The translations under genes were made by a program, and so were the position numbers. Under the pieces are notes generated by a model. The model was not told where the DNA came from. It made no database searches and worked only from the letters and a program-made list of their open reading frames with translations. From Scyliorhinus canicula (lineage: Eukaryota): DNA of 64,000 nucleotides. Of this stretch, positions 50,716 through 62,925 are shown piece after piece (within the stretch, counting starts at the first letter, position 1; each line of letters starts with the position of its first letter). The stretch lies in the NCBI RefSeq assembly GCF_902713615.1, contig NC_052157.1, forward strand, positions 154,169,004-154,233,003, given 5' to 3'.

Positions 50716-51709
50716 GAACTATACTCTGCAATCATCAAGGTGTCATCTTCATTATACTCGGCAATCATCAGGGTGTCATCTTCACTACACTCTGCAATCA
50801 TCAGGGTGTCATCTTCACTACACTCTGCAATCATCAGGGTGTCATCTTCACTACACTCTGCAATCATCAGGGTGTCATCTTCACTACACTCTGCAATCAT
50901 CAGGGTGTCATCTTCACTACACTCTGCAATCATCAGGGTGTCATCTTCACTACACTCTGCAATCATCAGGGTGTCATCTTCACTACACTCTGCAATCATC
51001 AGGGTGTCATCTTCACTACACTCTGCAATCATCAGGGTGTCATCTTCACTACACTCTGCAATCATCAGGGTGTCATCTTCACTACACTCTGCAATCATCA
51101 GGGTGTCATCTTCACTACACTCTGCAATCATCAGGGTGCCATCTTCACTACACTCTGCAATCATCAGGATGCCATCTTCACTACACTCTGCAATCATCAG
51201 GGTGTCATCTTCACTATACTCTGCAATCATCAGGGTGTCATCTTCACTACACTCTGCAATCATCAGGGTGTCATCTTCACTACACTCTGCAATCATCAGG
51301 GTGTCATCTTCACTACACTCTGCAATCATCAGGGTGTCATCTTCACTACACTCTGCAATCATCAGGGTGTCATCTTCACTACACTCTGCAATCATCAGGG
51401 TGTCATCTTCACTACACTCTGCAATCATCAGGGTGTCATCTTCACTACACTCTGCAATCATCAGGGTGTCATCTTCACTACACTCTGCAATCATCAGGGT
51501 GTCATCTTCACTACACTCTGCAATCATCAGGGTGTCATCTTCACTACACTCTGCAATCATCAGGGTGCCATCTTCACTACACTCTGCAATCACCAGGATG
51601 CCATCTTCACTACACTCTGCAATCATCAGGATGCCATCTTGACTGTGCTCTGCAATCATTAGGGTGTCATCTTCACTATGCTCTGCAATCATTAGGGTGT
51701 CATCTTCAC
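50716..51709. repeat. 33-bp minisatellite, about 30 copies
   Basis: Unit ctctgcaatcatcagggtgtcatcttcactaca; explains the repetitive 328-aa and 300-aa ORFs. Confidence 0.97.
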
Positions 51710-51961
51710 AAGGTTTTCATGTGCGACAATTTCATAACATTTAATCAATGGTTCTTTGGAAATAATTTCTCAGATTAACAAATTTTCAATGTCGCACAAC
51801 AAACTTTAGAACAATGTCATCCAAATATTCCCGGGGCTTGCTGCTTTTCCTTCAGTTCTATTGGTGAATATTTTTCCTCTCCCCAAAAACACCAATAGTA
51901 CACTTCCAAAGATGCCAACTCCCTTCTATCTCACACAACCGACCACTCAATGAGAGAGTTT

Positions 51962-52255
51962 AGTAAGAGGTCTTACTACACCAGGTTAAAGTCCAACAGG
52001 TTTGCTTGGAATCACTAGCTTTCGGAGCGTAGCTCCTTCATCAGGTGAGATAATATAATTGTCCTATGAATTAATATGGAAGTACTCTGGAAGTGAAGAG
52101 CATTTTTTAAAATTTCCATCTTTCAGCAATACATTAAAAAATCAAGTATACGGGTTCTGGGTAATTGGTGCCGATTCTGGTTTGGACTTTAACCTGGTGT
52201 TGTAAGACTTCTTACTGTGCCCATCCCAGTCCAAAGTCAGCATCTCCACATCATG
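51962..52255. mobile_element. Penelope-like element remnant with inverted terminal-repeat pieces
   Basis: 35-bp inverted repeat (33/35) at 51962-51996 and 52182-52216; contains a hammerhead motif. Confidence 0.7.
52012..52048 (-). ncRNA. Minimal type I hammerhead ribozyme motif
   Basis: Minus strand UCAC-CUGAUGA-A-GGAGC uac GCUCC-GAAA-GC-UA-GUGA: complete core, 5-bp stem II, 4-bp stem I, palindromic stem III. Confidence 0.8.
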
Positions 52256-52439
52256 AGAGCTTTGACAGACTACGGACAAAATATTCCAATTGGGGCAAAT
52301 AATAAGTGAAACTCCACACCGAGCACAGATCACAGCTGGCTTTATTGTTTTATAACCTTGGAATACAAGAATTTATTTTCATTGCATTCCACACTCAACG
52401 GAGGTCCCCTAGATTCTTGCACACTGTTCAGAAACAAAA

Positions 52440-52860
52440 GACTTGCTTTTGATGACCAGTGCCAGAATGTCTCAAAGTGCTTTATGACTAACAAGGTACT
52501 TTTGAAGTGTAGTCATTAAAGTGAAGTAGGGAAAGAGCAGCAAATTTGCACACAGCAAGCTCCCACAAGTAGCAGTGCGAATCACAAAACCTGTTTTTTG
52601 TGATGGTGGAGGGATAAATATTGGCAAGGATATGCGGGATATCTCCCCTTACTCTTCTTTGATGAGTGCCATGGATCTTTTCCTGACAGACCAGATGGAT
52701 GCCTTGGTCTAATTAATCCTTAAAAAACCCATCAACAGCACAGCATTCTTTCAGTGCTTCATTGGCATGCCACAGCCTTGATTTTTGTGCTCAGGTACTG
52801 GACTGAGATTTGAACCTGGAACAAAATGACTCAGTGCTAAAAATTGAATCACGCTGGCAA
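52440..52860 (-). mobile_element. Deu-domain-type SINE, degenerate
   Basis: tttgaagtgtagtca..gagggataaatattggc..agtgccatggatcttt is the inverse of the 12810-13397 element. Confidence 0.7.
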
Positions 52861-52924
52861 CTAAATAGTAGAAAATGTGAATCAGATCCTATTTGCGATA
52901 GTCGACCTATCTTAGGATCAAAAC

Positions 52925-53095
52925 CTATTGCCGCAGAAGGCTGTGGAGGCCAAGTCATAAGGCAGAGATAGATACGTTCTCGATTAATAAGGGGATCAGG
53001 GGCAGGAGAATGGGGAAAAGAAACATCAGCTATGATTGAACAACGGAGCAGACCCAGTGGGCCAAATGGCTTAATTTTGCCCCTATGTTTTATGG
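52925..53095 (+). mobile_element. CR1 3' tail fragment
   Basis: Matches 27130-27325. Confidence 0.8.
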
Positions 53096-55135
53096 GAGAT
53101 GTGCCCTTAGCACAAAATAAGTCATGTGGAATTGGAAACTATGAAGTGGGAAAACATGTGAAGCTGTAAGCTATAAAAAGGGCAAGGCAACACCACTGCT
53201 GAAAAATGTACATAAACAAGGTGGTGCATTAGAACATTCAGATGGGAATTATTTCTCTGGCTTAACTCTGGGTTACAAGCAGCTTTTATTCCATATTTAG
53301 CCTGTACTGGTGGGTTGTGCATTGCAGTCCATTGGTGGCTTTTGTTTTTATAGCAACACTTTTATTTCTGCTATAGACAGAGTAGAATCCAGATGTGTCA
53401 GCTATCTTGCAGTGTTTTTCAATTCTATATCATCCAACAAATCATGAGCATTTCACTCCACTGTATCTTTCATCCTCAAGAGCGTAAATTCCTATTGCAA
53501 ATAGCTCAATTACAAGTGCAATATACCTTGTTCAGACTTGATATCTTGCAAGTCGTTATTGTAGCAATTTTTCTCATTTACTTTTTGGGCAATCAGGATT
53601 TCTGTCTGTGGCAATGTAGTGAACTAACTGGTGCAAAAAATTACATTTGCAAACTACAGCTCGAAATGTAATGATTTCACAAGACTTGGAATCAATTAAA
53701 AAAAAAACAGAATTGAAAAGGTATCCTTGGACGCAAAATAGTTGCGAAGCACGTGATTTAAGCTGTTTATGTCTGTCAGATTCAAGCCAGTTGCTGATTT
53801 TAGTTTATATACTGCTCTGCAATTACATACATCGCCCAAGAAAAACACATTAGTCTCTCTTCTGCAGAAACATACTGCACAGCAATGCAGAAAGAGATAA
53901 TTAAATGATGAAACAGGTCTTGTGGAACAGTACTGGGACTTTGATAATATATTTACTACCTAAAGGTTAATGAGCTGGTGTTTCAGGGATTTTTTAAATA
54001 TAATTACTCAGTGATAAAAACTTGTACCAAAACACTTGCCTTTTAATGAACTTTATACCCATGTTAGGGAGGGACACTATCTACCTCCTCAACACATGAC
54101 CCAGTTGGCAGTTCCAGTTAGGTGTTAGGTGTCTGTAGGGCCCTTTAAGATCGCTGCACCAAAACACTGATGCAAAATGCTAATCATAGTTCTACATACT
54201 TGGAGCGCTCAATTCCTGTCAAGTCATACTACAGAGAAAAACAATATGACTGTATATAACAAAATGGCCAGGCCTAAAATCATCACTGCTTATTTCTGAA
54301 TATCTTCACAATTGTATGATTCGCACCAAAATGTTGATCGATTAATTTTAAAAAGGATCAAGTATAACATCATGAGCCAGAGAGAAGTGCTGGGCAATAA
54401 TTTGAAAAAAAAAGTTTTGTAAATGATTTCAAGCGAGCGTAAGCATATATTACCGTTGTTTGTAGTTTCATGTACAATCTGGCCTGTTTTTCAATCCAGG
54501 CTGCGTTTTGCAAAACGGCTGGCCAACGCTTTCTTCTGTGCCTACTCAATAAAACAGCACCTTTCAAGGTTCTTTGGCCTCTTTCACAAGTTCTCTTTTA
54601 TACATTAGCTGTGGTGTTTTCTGTCAGCCTTAGGGTTACACGAGGACTTATCTTCCACTGATAATTTGCTGTTGTCCCTCGTTATTTTCCGACTAATTTT
54701 TTTTTAAATGGAAGGGAAGCCACTGAACCCGTTCTTCCAATCCACATTCGGTTTACAGTTTACAGGGGCATTTTTGAAGGTTTTTTTTGATGCAAGGCTC
54801 TTGGCCAGTGGGACTTCTAGAATGTGACTGGCATTTGGAAAATTTACATTATGATTAATAAGAGTTTGCTTGAAAAGGATCCGTAGCATTTTTTTTAATC
54901 AAACAAAAAAATAATAACCATCTCACTTGGACAAATACAAGGTCATGACTGCATGGGATGTAGGACCACTGTATGACACATAGTATAGTGTTCCCCTATA
55001 ATGCTGCAAATAACTACAGTAGGTCAACAGTGCTTATTCTGTATTCAGATAATCAATATCATTTATCCGTCAATGCATAAATACCAAAAGGACCCATTTG
55101 AGCTTGCTGAGCAAACTGGACATGCACGCAATGTA

Positions 55136-56230
55136 TTTTTTTTTTTTTTAAATAATTTTATTCAGATTTTCCAACAACAAATTTTATCCCAACAATGAAA
55201 GAAAAACAGAAACCCCTCCCCCCCAATACAAAACAATAAATTAACAAGAAAAAGTAATAAACATATAATCGTAAGAACAAACCCCCATAACCGACCCATA
55301 GTTCTCCCCCCCCCCCCCCCCCCCCCCACCCCGGGTTGCTGCTGAGATTGACCACCCTCTAACACTCCACCACAAAATCAAGAAAGGGCCGCCACCGCCA
55401 GAAGAACCCTTGCACCGACCCCCTCAGGGCAAACTTGACCCTCTCCAGTTTAATGTCACTGATCCAGGATTCCGGGCTCGGGGGCCTCGTGTCCCTCCAC
55501 TGAAGAAGGATCCTGCGCCAGGCTACTAGGGACGCAAAGGCCAGAATACCGGCCTCTCTCGCCTCCTGCACTCCCGGCTCCGATACCACCCCAAAAATAG
55601 CGAGCCCCCAGCCCAGTTTCACCCTGGAACCATCCACCCTGGACAAGGTCCCCGCCACCTCCTTCCAGAAACCCTCCAGCGTCGGACAAGCCCAAAACAT
55701 GTGGGTGTGATTCGCCGGGCCTCCCAAACACCTCTCACACCTGTTCTCACCCCCAAAGAACCGGCTCAGCCTGGTCCCAGTCATATGCACCCTGTGCAGC
55801 ACCTTTGGCTGAATTAAACTAAGCCGTGCGCAAAAAGAGGAAGAATTCACCCTCCCCAGGGTGTCCGCCCACGTCCCCTCGTCAATCGCCTCCCCCAGCT
55901 CCTCCTCCCACTTCGCTTTCAGCTCCTCCGCCGAAGCCTCTTCCCCCTCCTGCATCACCTGATAAATTGCAGAGATCCTGCCCTCACCGACCCACGTCCC
56001 CGAGAGCACCCTATCCTGAACCCCCCTTGGCGGCAATAGCGGAAACTCCGCCACCTGCCGCCTAACAAACACCCTAATCTGCATATACCTAAAGGTATTC
56101 CCTGGGGGAGACCCCACTTCCCCTCCAACTCCTCTAAGGTCGCAAACTTCCCGTCGAGGAAGAGGTTCCCCCATCCGCCTGACACCTGCCCTATGCCAGC
56201 TCAAAAACTCTCCATCTATCCTCCCTGGTA
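55136..56230 (-). mobile_element. 5'-truncated L1-clade LINE (1.1 kb), more diverged subfamily
   Basis: ORF 55359..56306 with RCERCLGGPANHTHMFWACP; poly-G 3'UTR and A tail on the minus strand. Confidence 0.93.
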
Positions 56231-56232
56231 CA

Positions 56233-56571
56233 AATGAAATGAAATGAAATGAAAATCGCTTATTGTCACGAGTAGGCTTCAATGAAGTTACTGTGAAAAG
56301 TGTCACAAGTAGGCTTACATTAACACTGCAATGAAGTTACTGTGAAAATCCCCTAGTCGCCACATTCCAGCGCCTGGTCGGGTACACAGAGGGAGAATTC
56401 AGAATGTCCAATTCACCTAAAAGCACGTCTTTTGGGACTTGTGGGAGGAAACTGGAGCACCCGGAGGAAACCCACGCGCACACAGGGAGAACGTGCAGAC
56501 TTCGTACAGACTGACCCAAGCCAGGAATCGAACCTGGGACCCTGGCGCTGTGAAGCAACAGTGCTATCCAC
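56233..56571 (-). mobile_element. V-SINE type C with a duplicated tail segment
   Basis: Two successive tgtcac(a/g)agtaggctt..aatgaagttactgtgaaaa units and (gaaat)n. Confidence 0.85.
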
Positions 56572-58499
56572 TTTTATCTCAAGGCCACAGATGATTTGTC
56601 CCCGGGGCTCACTCAACATTGTTGTTACGGTTTGTCAGAAGATGAAATAAGGGATCACTTTTGAAAAACATTTCCTCCATATCTACGGCTTGTCAGCCGA
56701 ATCGTGGCACCCAGCACAAGAGAAACCCGACCTCGGCTTATAACTTGATTCATCCGGATAAACTAAGTAGGTCCTCCTGAAATACTCTTGCAAAGCTTTA
56801 ACTAACTAGATTTAACAAGGGTCGCTGGTAAACAATCTAAGGCAATGTGCATGCGAAAGAGAAGAAAACATACAAAACTGCTGCCAGAACATTTTGTTCC
56901 TGCCCATTAGTTAAGGTGCAGCTAGAGGTCGAGATGCAACCTTCCCATTGCTATTCTATCTGACCACATGACTGATTAATGCACAAAGCTCAAGCCTGTA
57001 AACATTAAATGAACAGCGTCATGGTTGGGAATATTTAGACAGAATTAATAGAGAGCCTCATACAGCAAATGACTATTCTCACTACCACTCTGCCACAGCT
57101 TTGCGCGATAGAAAACGCTGCGGGATAATTATGGCAAGTTTTTCTTCACTTTTCTTATCAATGCAAAGACAAAATTAATTCACGATAACGACAAGCATTG
57201 CAAAGACTTCATTCTGCGTTATAACTCTCAATCTTCCACCATGACAATTATCAGTCCTTTATTTAAAAAGCAGCAAGTCCCAAGTTGTCCCCTGCCACAC
57301 TGAAATAACCAATAAATGCAGTAAAGCACCTCATAAAGCATGTCTGCTTGTTTAATCACTGCAGTAATATTCCAATCCAGTACTCAAAACTATGAATAAT
57401 ATCAAACCGGCTGTCATCAAGGAAATAATTCCTTGCTGACACGGAATGTTCTTTTTATTTGAGCTAGTCCAAAGAAAAGTTACTTCATTATCAGAACGCC
57501 AATCCTACAGGGATTAAAGCTCCCAAATTAAAGTCCAAATCATTTGTTTTACTTTGAAGCACTGAAAGCAATCAAAAAATATTCAGGAAAATTCATTCTA
57601 TATAGAGGGATGAGAACTGTCGGAGTAATTTTCGAATTAAAAACTGCATGCTTTGCAGCATTGGGGAAAATGGTGAAAAGTACGTTTCAGCACAACTCTC
57701 AAATGACATCTTCAGCGACTTCGAACATGGCATTTTAATCCGGCTCATCCACTGTGACTTCCACATGCTTAATATTAGGAAAGTTGAAACTTTGGATTTG
57801 AGTTCAAACCACAAAATTTCATAGGCTTGCCACCGGCTCCACGTATCAGGCTAAACTGGACTGTTTCGCAACCTGGGCACCTGTCAAATCAGAAAATGAA
57901 CTTCCAATTCCATATTCTCTCCATCACAATTTCACTAACCCTAATTGCCCATAACCACCTTCATCTCAGCTCACATTCCAATAAATTTCACACGACGTTC
58001 ATGAGGTTCCCAAACTGGAGTAATCCAATACTCCCCTGACTGATTTCTTTACTTCACAAACTTCAGCCCTTCCAAAACTCTCTTACAAGTATCATATACC
58101 ACACCAAGTCCTGCTTGCCCATTAGACCTGCCCTCACTGATCTACAGTAGCGCCAAGCTAAAGCTGCCCCTTGCCCACATACCTCGAACTTCAACATTTT
58201 CATCATGTTTAAATCTGCCCATTGCTTTACCCTGCCCCACATCTAATCTCATCCAGCCCTAAACCTCACCCCTCTTATCGTTGGCTCAGTTTGTTTTTTC
58301 CACTTATGGTACTACGATTGCCTCAACAGTGACGATAATGTCAACAGTGTTGCATAAATTAAATTTGATCTTTGTGCATAAACCACCATGAACAAAGATG
58401 TTTATTCTTTTACAATACTATCTGCACTACTTTAAACCTACCCTTAAAATCCCACAGCCACCCACAAGGCAAGGCAAATCCAGTTTTTTTTAAAATTCA

Positions 58500-58810
58500 T
58501 TTTCTTTTACAGGATGTGGGCTTTGCTGGCTAGGCAAGCATTTATTGCCCATCCTTAATTGCGCCCGAGAAGGTGGTGTCGAGCTGCCTTCTTGAGCCGC
58601 TACAGCCCATGTGGTGTAGGTACACCTACTGTGCTATTAGCGAAGGAATTCCAGGATTTTGACCCAATAACAGTGAAGGAATGGCGATATATTTCCAAGT
58701 CAGGGTGGTGAGTGACTTAGAGGGGAACCTCCAGCTGGCAGTGTTGTGTCTGCTGCTTTTGTCCTTCTAGATGGCAGTGGTCGCCGGTTTGGAAGGTGCT
58801 ATCTAAGGTG
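58500..58810 (-). mobile_element. LINE 3' end, same family as 4700-5840
   Basis: ggatgtgggc..gctggctaggc..gcatttattgcccatcc. Confidence 0.75.
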
Positions 58811-59882
58811 CACCCACAGTGAGGACAGAGCTGCACAACAATTTACCAAATAAAAAAGCCTATAAAAATTTATACAGCTTGTAGGATGAAAATGAGGGAC
58901 TATCTACAGAATTTGGATCTATGCTTTGCAAGTGGCTGATCAGACGAGTAACTGTTGATTCAATTACCTGAATAATTCACTGGAATGATTGCCCAACTAA
59001 CTGCTGGCAATATAGGCAGGAGAAAAATGCAGGTTCCTGGTCAGATCTTAATACAATGTAAATGTAACAAGTTCTTTACAACAGATTTCAATACCAATGA
59101 AACTGATAAGCATGTCACCTCAATTGTTCGAATTATATATATTCTAATAAATAAATGCCAAAGTTTGAATCTGACTAAAATTTACAATGTCAGTAATGAA
59201 GTTAGAAAGCTAACAACAAACATGCTTGCAAAGGACACTGTGCCCTTTCAGTAATTGTTTTATTTAGAAATAAAATCCATTGAAAGCAAAGCTTAAATCC
59301 ATGAGCTTTGATTTTTTTTCTCTAAAGGGTCATAATAATTGACAACTGTTACTAATAAACAAACTGTAACATGATAAATAACATTGTGGTAAGATTGCTT
59401 AATTTGGGAGATCCCAGAGGACTGGAAAGTGGCCAAGTAACACCACTGTTTAAAAAAGAAACTGGAGATTTCAGACAGGTTAGTCGAATTAGGTTTTGTA
59501 GAAAATAAAAGCTTAATAACTGACAAAGCAATGACTCACAAAAGGAATATCTGCTTATTTACTGGAAGTTTTCGGAAAATATTACTAATGTTGCATAAGG
59601 AGGTTGATGCACTTGAACTTTCAAAGTTCCTGACAAGGTCCCACATGCGTGTTTACTAACAAGGTCACAAAATGAGAAGATCAGAGAATAGAAAATTGAT
59701 GCTGAACAGGAAACAGAAGGCATCCATAATGGGGAGGTTCTGAAGTTTGAAAGGGGCAAAGGCAGGCTTAAATGCCCTCAGACTCTAGCTTTTTGACGTA
59801 CGATTGTCAATGAAATTTCCAAGCTGGCCGGGGATACAAAGAAGAGCATAAATACAAATATATATTGCTGAAAAAAAGGGGC

Positions 59883-59918
59883 ATGTCAAAGCTTTTCGTC
59901 TTGAACTCATCAGGGCAT
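59883..59918 (-). ncRNA. Second minimal hammerhead ribozyme motif (different family, slightly decayed)
   Basis: Minus strand AUGCC-CUGAUGA-GU ucaag AC-GAAA-AGCU-UU-GACAU; core intact, stem I 4/5 paired, palindromic AGCU. Confidence 0.6.
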
Positions 59919-60331
59919 TTCGCAAGAATACCAATACAAGGGATAAACAACAATTTCTACTCTATGGAAAGAGAGATGTGATTGGTTGGCAAGCAGACTC
60001 TGATACTGGTAAAGTTTTCAGCAATACTAAAGTTGTGCCAAACAACTAAATATAACTATGTTCAGAAGGATTTAACCGGAAATATCAGCAGTTCCCAAAC
60101 TGGTTTTTACTCCACTTGGGGTCACAGAAAAAAGCAAATGAAATCCGAGACTATGCTCCACACTGGCAGAAAGGCCTAGGCAGCATCCGGTGAAGTCCTG
60201 GTCCTGTCCATCTCGGTTTCTCGCACACAATGGGATCCACCCGTGGCCACTTCAACGAGTCTCAAAGCTGAGCCCCGGCCATGAACTCGATGGCTGAAAA
60301 AATGAAGTTTAACAACTGACAAAGCAAGGGG

Positions 60332-60665
60332 AGGTGTTGGCGTAGTGGTATTGTCGCTAGTAATACAGAGACCCAGAGTCATTCCCCAGGTTCGAATCCT
60401 ACCACAACAGATGGTGAAATTTGAATTCAATAAAACAAAATCTAGAATTAATTGTCTACAGATGACCATGAAACTATTGTCAATTTTGTAAAAACTCATC
60501 GGGTTCATTAATGTCCTTTAGGGAAGGAAATCTGTCATCCTTACCTGGCCCAGCCTATATGTGACTCCAGACCCACAGCAATGTGATCGACTCTCAAATA
60601 CCTTCAGAGATGGGCTATAAATACTGACCCAGCCAGCGACATCCACATCCAATGAACGAATAAAA
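60332..60665 (+). mobile_element. tRNA-derived SINE, same family as 16492-16860
   Basis: ggttcgaatcc B box; taatgtcctttagggaaggaaatctg core. Confidence 0.78.
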
Positions 60666-62061
60666 ACATAATACCAGAAGTGTTCCGCTGATCTGCGACT
60701 TTGTGAGCCCAAGCTTTTCACTGTGGGATGGCCTGGGCTCCAACATCAGCTACCTCAAGAACTTCAACTCGCTCTTTTGCTGCTTTTTGGCAGAGGTCCA
60801 TGAGCGGGCGCACATAAAATAACATTTTTACAACGTGCTTTAAAAGCATGGTTTTCATATTTCTATGGTGTATTATTTCTTATTTATCTGCAATATGTGA
60901 ACTTCAAGAATTCGATACTGCATTTAACTATGCTGCTTTATTGTTGCTTTTCCTTGTCATCTGAGATTGCATTAATTTTCAAATGTTAAAATGGAAAACT
61001 GTTTGGGAACTAGTGTTGTTTTAGGTCAGTCGATGCAATGTAAGGTACAAAATGATCATGCAAGAAAGAAATAGAATAGAGGCACCATTATACAAAGGAA
61101 AATTTATACTTCAAGTTACTCCGAAGCATCCCAAAGAGCTTCACATGGAAGGAATTTTATTGTGCAATAATTTTGCAGCTATTTTGCATACAGCAACTTG
61201 GTTTCAAAACAATAATGGCAACAACTAAGCTAATTTGTTGTTAGTGGTGTCATGGTAGATATGTTGGCATCACCAGAAAACCAAGAGAACTTGAGAGCTT
61301 TTCTGACAATAACTTTAACCATCTGATTAAGCAGATGGAGCCACAATTTTCACTGACCTGTAGTGCAATGGTGATTCAGCATTCCTACAATACTATACAA
61401 AGCATCAAACTGGACTATGCTCTCAAGACTACTGAAGTGAACAGAATAAGCTGTTTCAAGCTGAAGTGACATAAGCTTGGGAGAACAGATTGAGGGGAAT
61501 GCTTAGAATATATATAGACCAAGATCAAATGGTCATTCTTGAAAAATTATATTGCATGCACTGTTTAAAGTACTGTTGGGAAAACATGTCAAGCAAATTC
61601 AATTCTTCAACACTCATAAGCCATCACAATGGCTACTGGGACATTAATTCTCAGGCATCATAAACTACAGCGATCAATTCACACATGATATAAAGCAGTA
61701 ATTAGATGCCAGTCACATGTAACTGTTACAACTTTCTTAATGAGACCTGAAAACAAATGTCTCTCTGTGATCTGCAATTCTACTATGTGACAGCTTTTTA
61801 AAAGTAAATTTAGAGTATCCAATTCTTTCAATTCACCTACCCTGCACATCTTTGGGTTGTGCAGGTGAGACCCACACAAATACGGGGAGCCAACATGACC
61901 TTGATAGCCACATGAATACAGCGCTGATCTCAAGAACTGATTAGAAATTGATGTAATGGGGTACTGGTCAGATTATACTTTGTGCTGTGTACCATCCTGG
62001 TGGCTCTATCATGGGAAATTAATCCAGACAATGAGCAGCATGCAACAAACGCCAACTAAAC

Positions 62062-62396
62062 GGCAGCACGGTAGCATAGTGGTTAGCATCAATGCTTCAC
62101 AGCTCCAGGGTTCCCGGCTGGGTCACTGTCTGTGCGGAGTCTGCACGTCCACCCCGTGTGTGCGTGGGTTTCCTCCGGGTGTTCCGGTTTCCTCCCACAG
62201 TCCAAAGATGTGCAGGTTAGGTGGATTGGCCATGCTAAATTGCCCGAAGTGTCCTAAAAAGTAAGGTTAAGGGGGAGTTGTTGGGTTACAGGTATAGGGT
62301 GGATATGTGAGTTTGAGTAGGGTGATCATTGCTCGGCACAACATCGAGGGCCGAAGGGCCTGTTCTGTGCTGTACTGTTCTAAATCTAAATCTAAA
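62062..62396 (+). mobile_element. V-SINE type A
   Basis: Tail gggccgaagggcctgttctgtgctgtactgttcta matches the CR1 end at 47770-47811. Confidence 0.9.
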
Positions 62397-62811
62397 CTGT
62401 TAGCTGGTAATGAGCAACTGAGTCACAAGGAATCTGTTGAAGTTGGCGATTTGCTTTTACACTGAAGAGCAAAATACTTTGGTCTGTTCCTAGGTATTCA
62501 AGATTCTAAAGGATTGCACATGGCTGAATCCAAGCTGTGTTCTGAAAACTGTTCTTAAAAAGCAGATGCTATTTTTGGATAAGGAACCCTGCTGCATAGA
62601 CAGAAATTTCAATTCAACAATTAAAAAATCCAAAACATTGCTACACTTTAAATAAACTATTTTCATTAATAATGTGCAATGCCTTCTTAGAATTAATGGA
62701 CGTTGATGGTGGTTGAAAAGCAAAACTAAAACAGTGACTGGTATCAACTGGACTTTCATCATCTGGAAAATTACAGCAGCAACATTGAACAACGTTCTGT
62801 AGATCGGTCTT

Positions 62812-62925
62812 AGTTCTGATGAAAGGTCATTAACCTGAAATGGTGACTCTGCCCCTCTCTTCACAGATGCTGCCTGGTCTGCTGAGTGTTTGCAGCATTT
62901 TCATTTTTTTTTCCTGATTGCTTCC
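62812..62925 (+). mobile_element. Penelope-like terminal repeat with a decayed hammerhead motif (62812-62848)
   Basis: agtt-CTGATGA-a-aggt cat ta acct-GAAA-tggt-gact, then cacagatgctgcc..ctgctgagt..cagcatttt. Confidence 0.6.

Noticed and set aside
50706-51692. 328-aa (minus) and 300-aa (plus) repetitive ORFs
   Set aside because: The 33-bp unit is a multiple of 3 with no stop in those frames, so long ORFs arise automatically; no splice or promoter support and no unique domain
50716-51709. Minisatellite as a CRISPR array or as tandem hammerheads (minus-strand unit contains CTGATGA..GAAG)
   Set aside because: No unique spacers and no cas genes in a vertebrate intron; the unit has GAAG instead of GAAA and no complement to form stem I
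53526-53604. Possible cryptic 79-nt exon (cag..AAG|gtatat) on the minus strand
   Set aside because: No similarity to ULK exons 2-3, it would shift the frame, and the acceptor is weak
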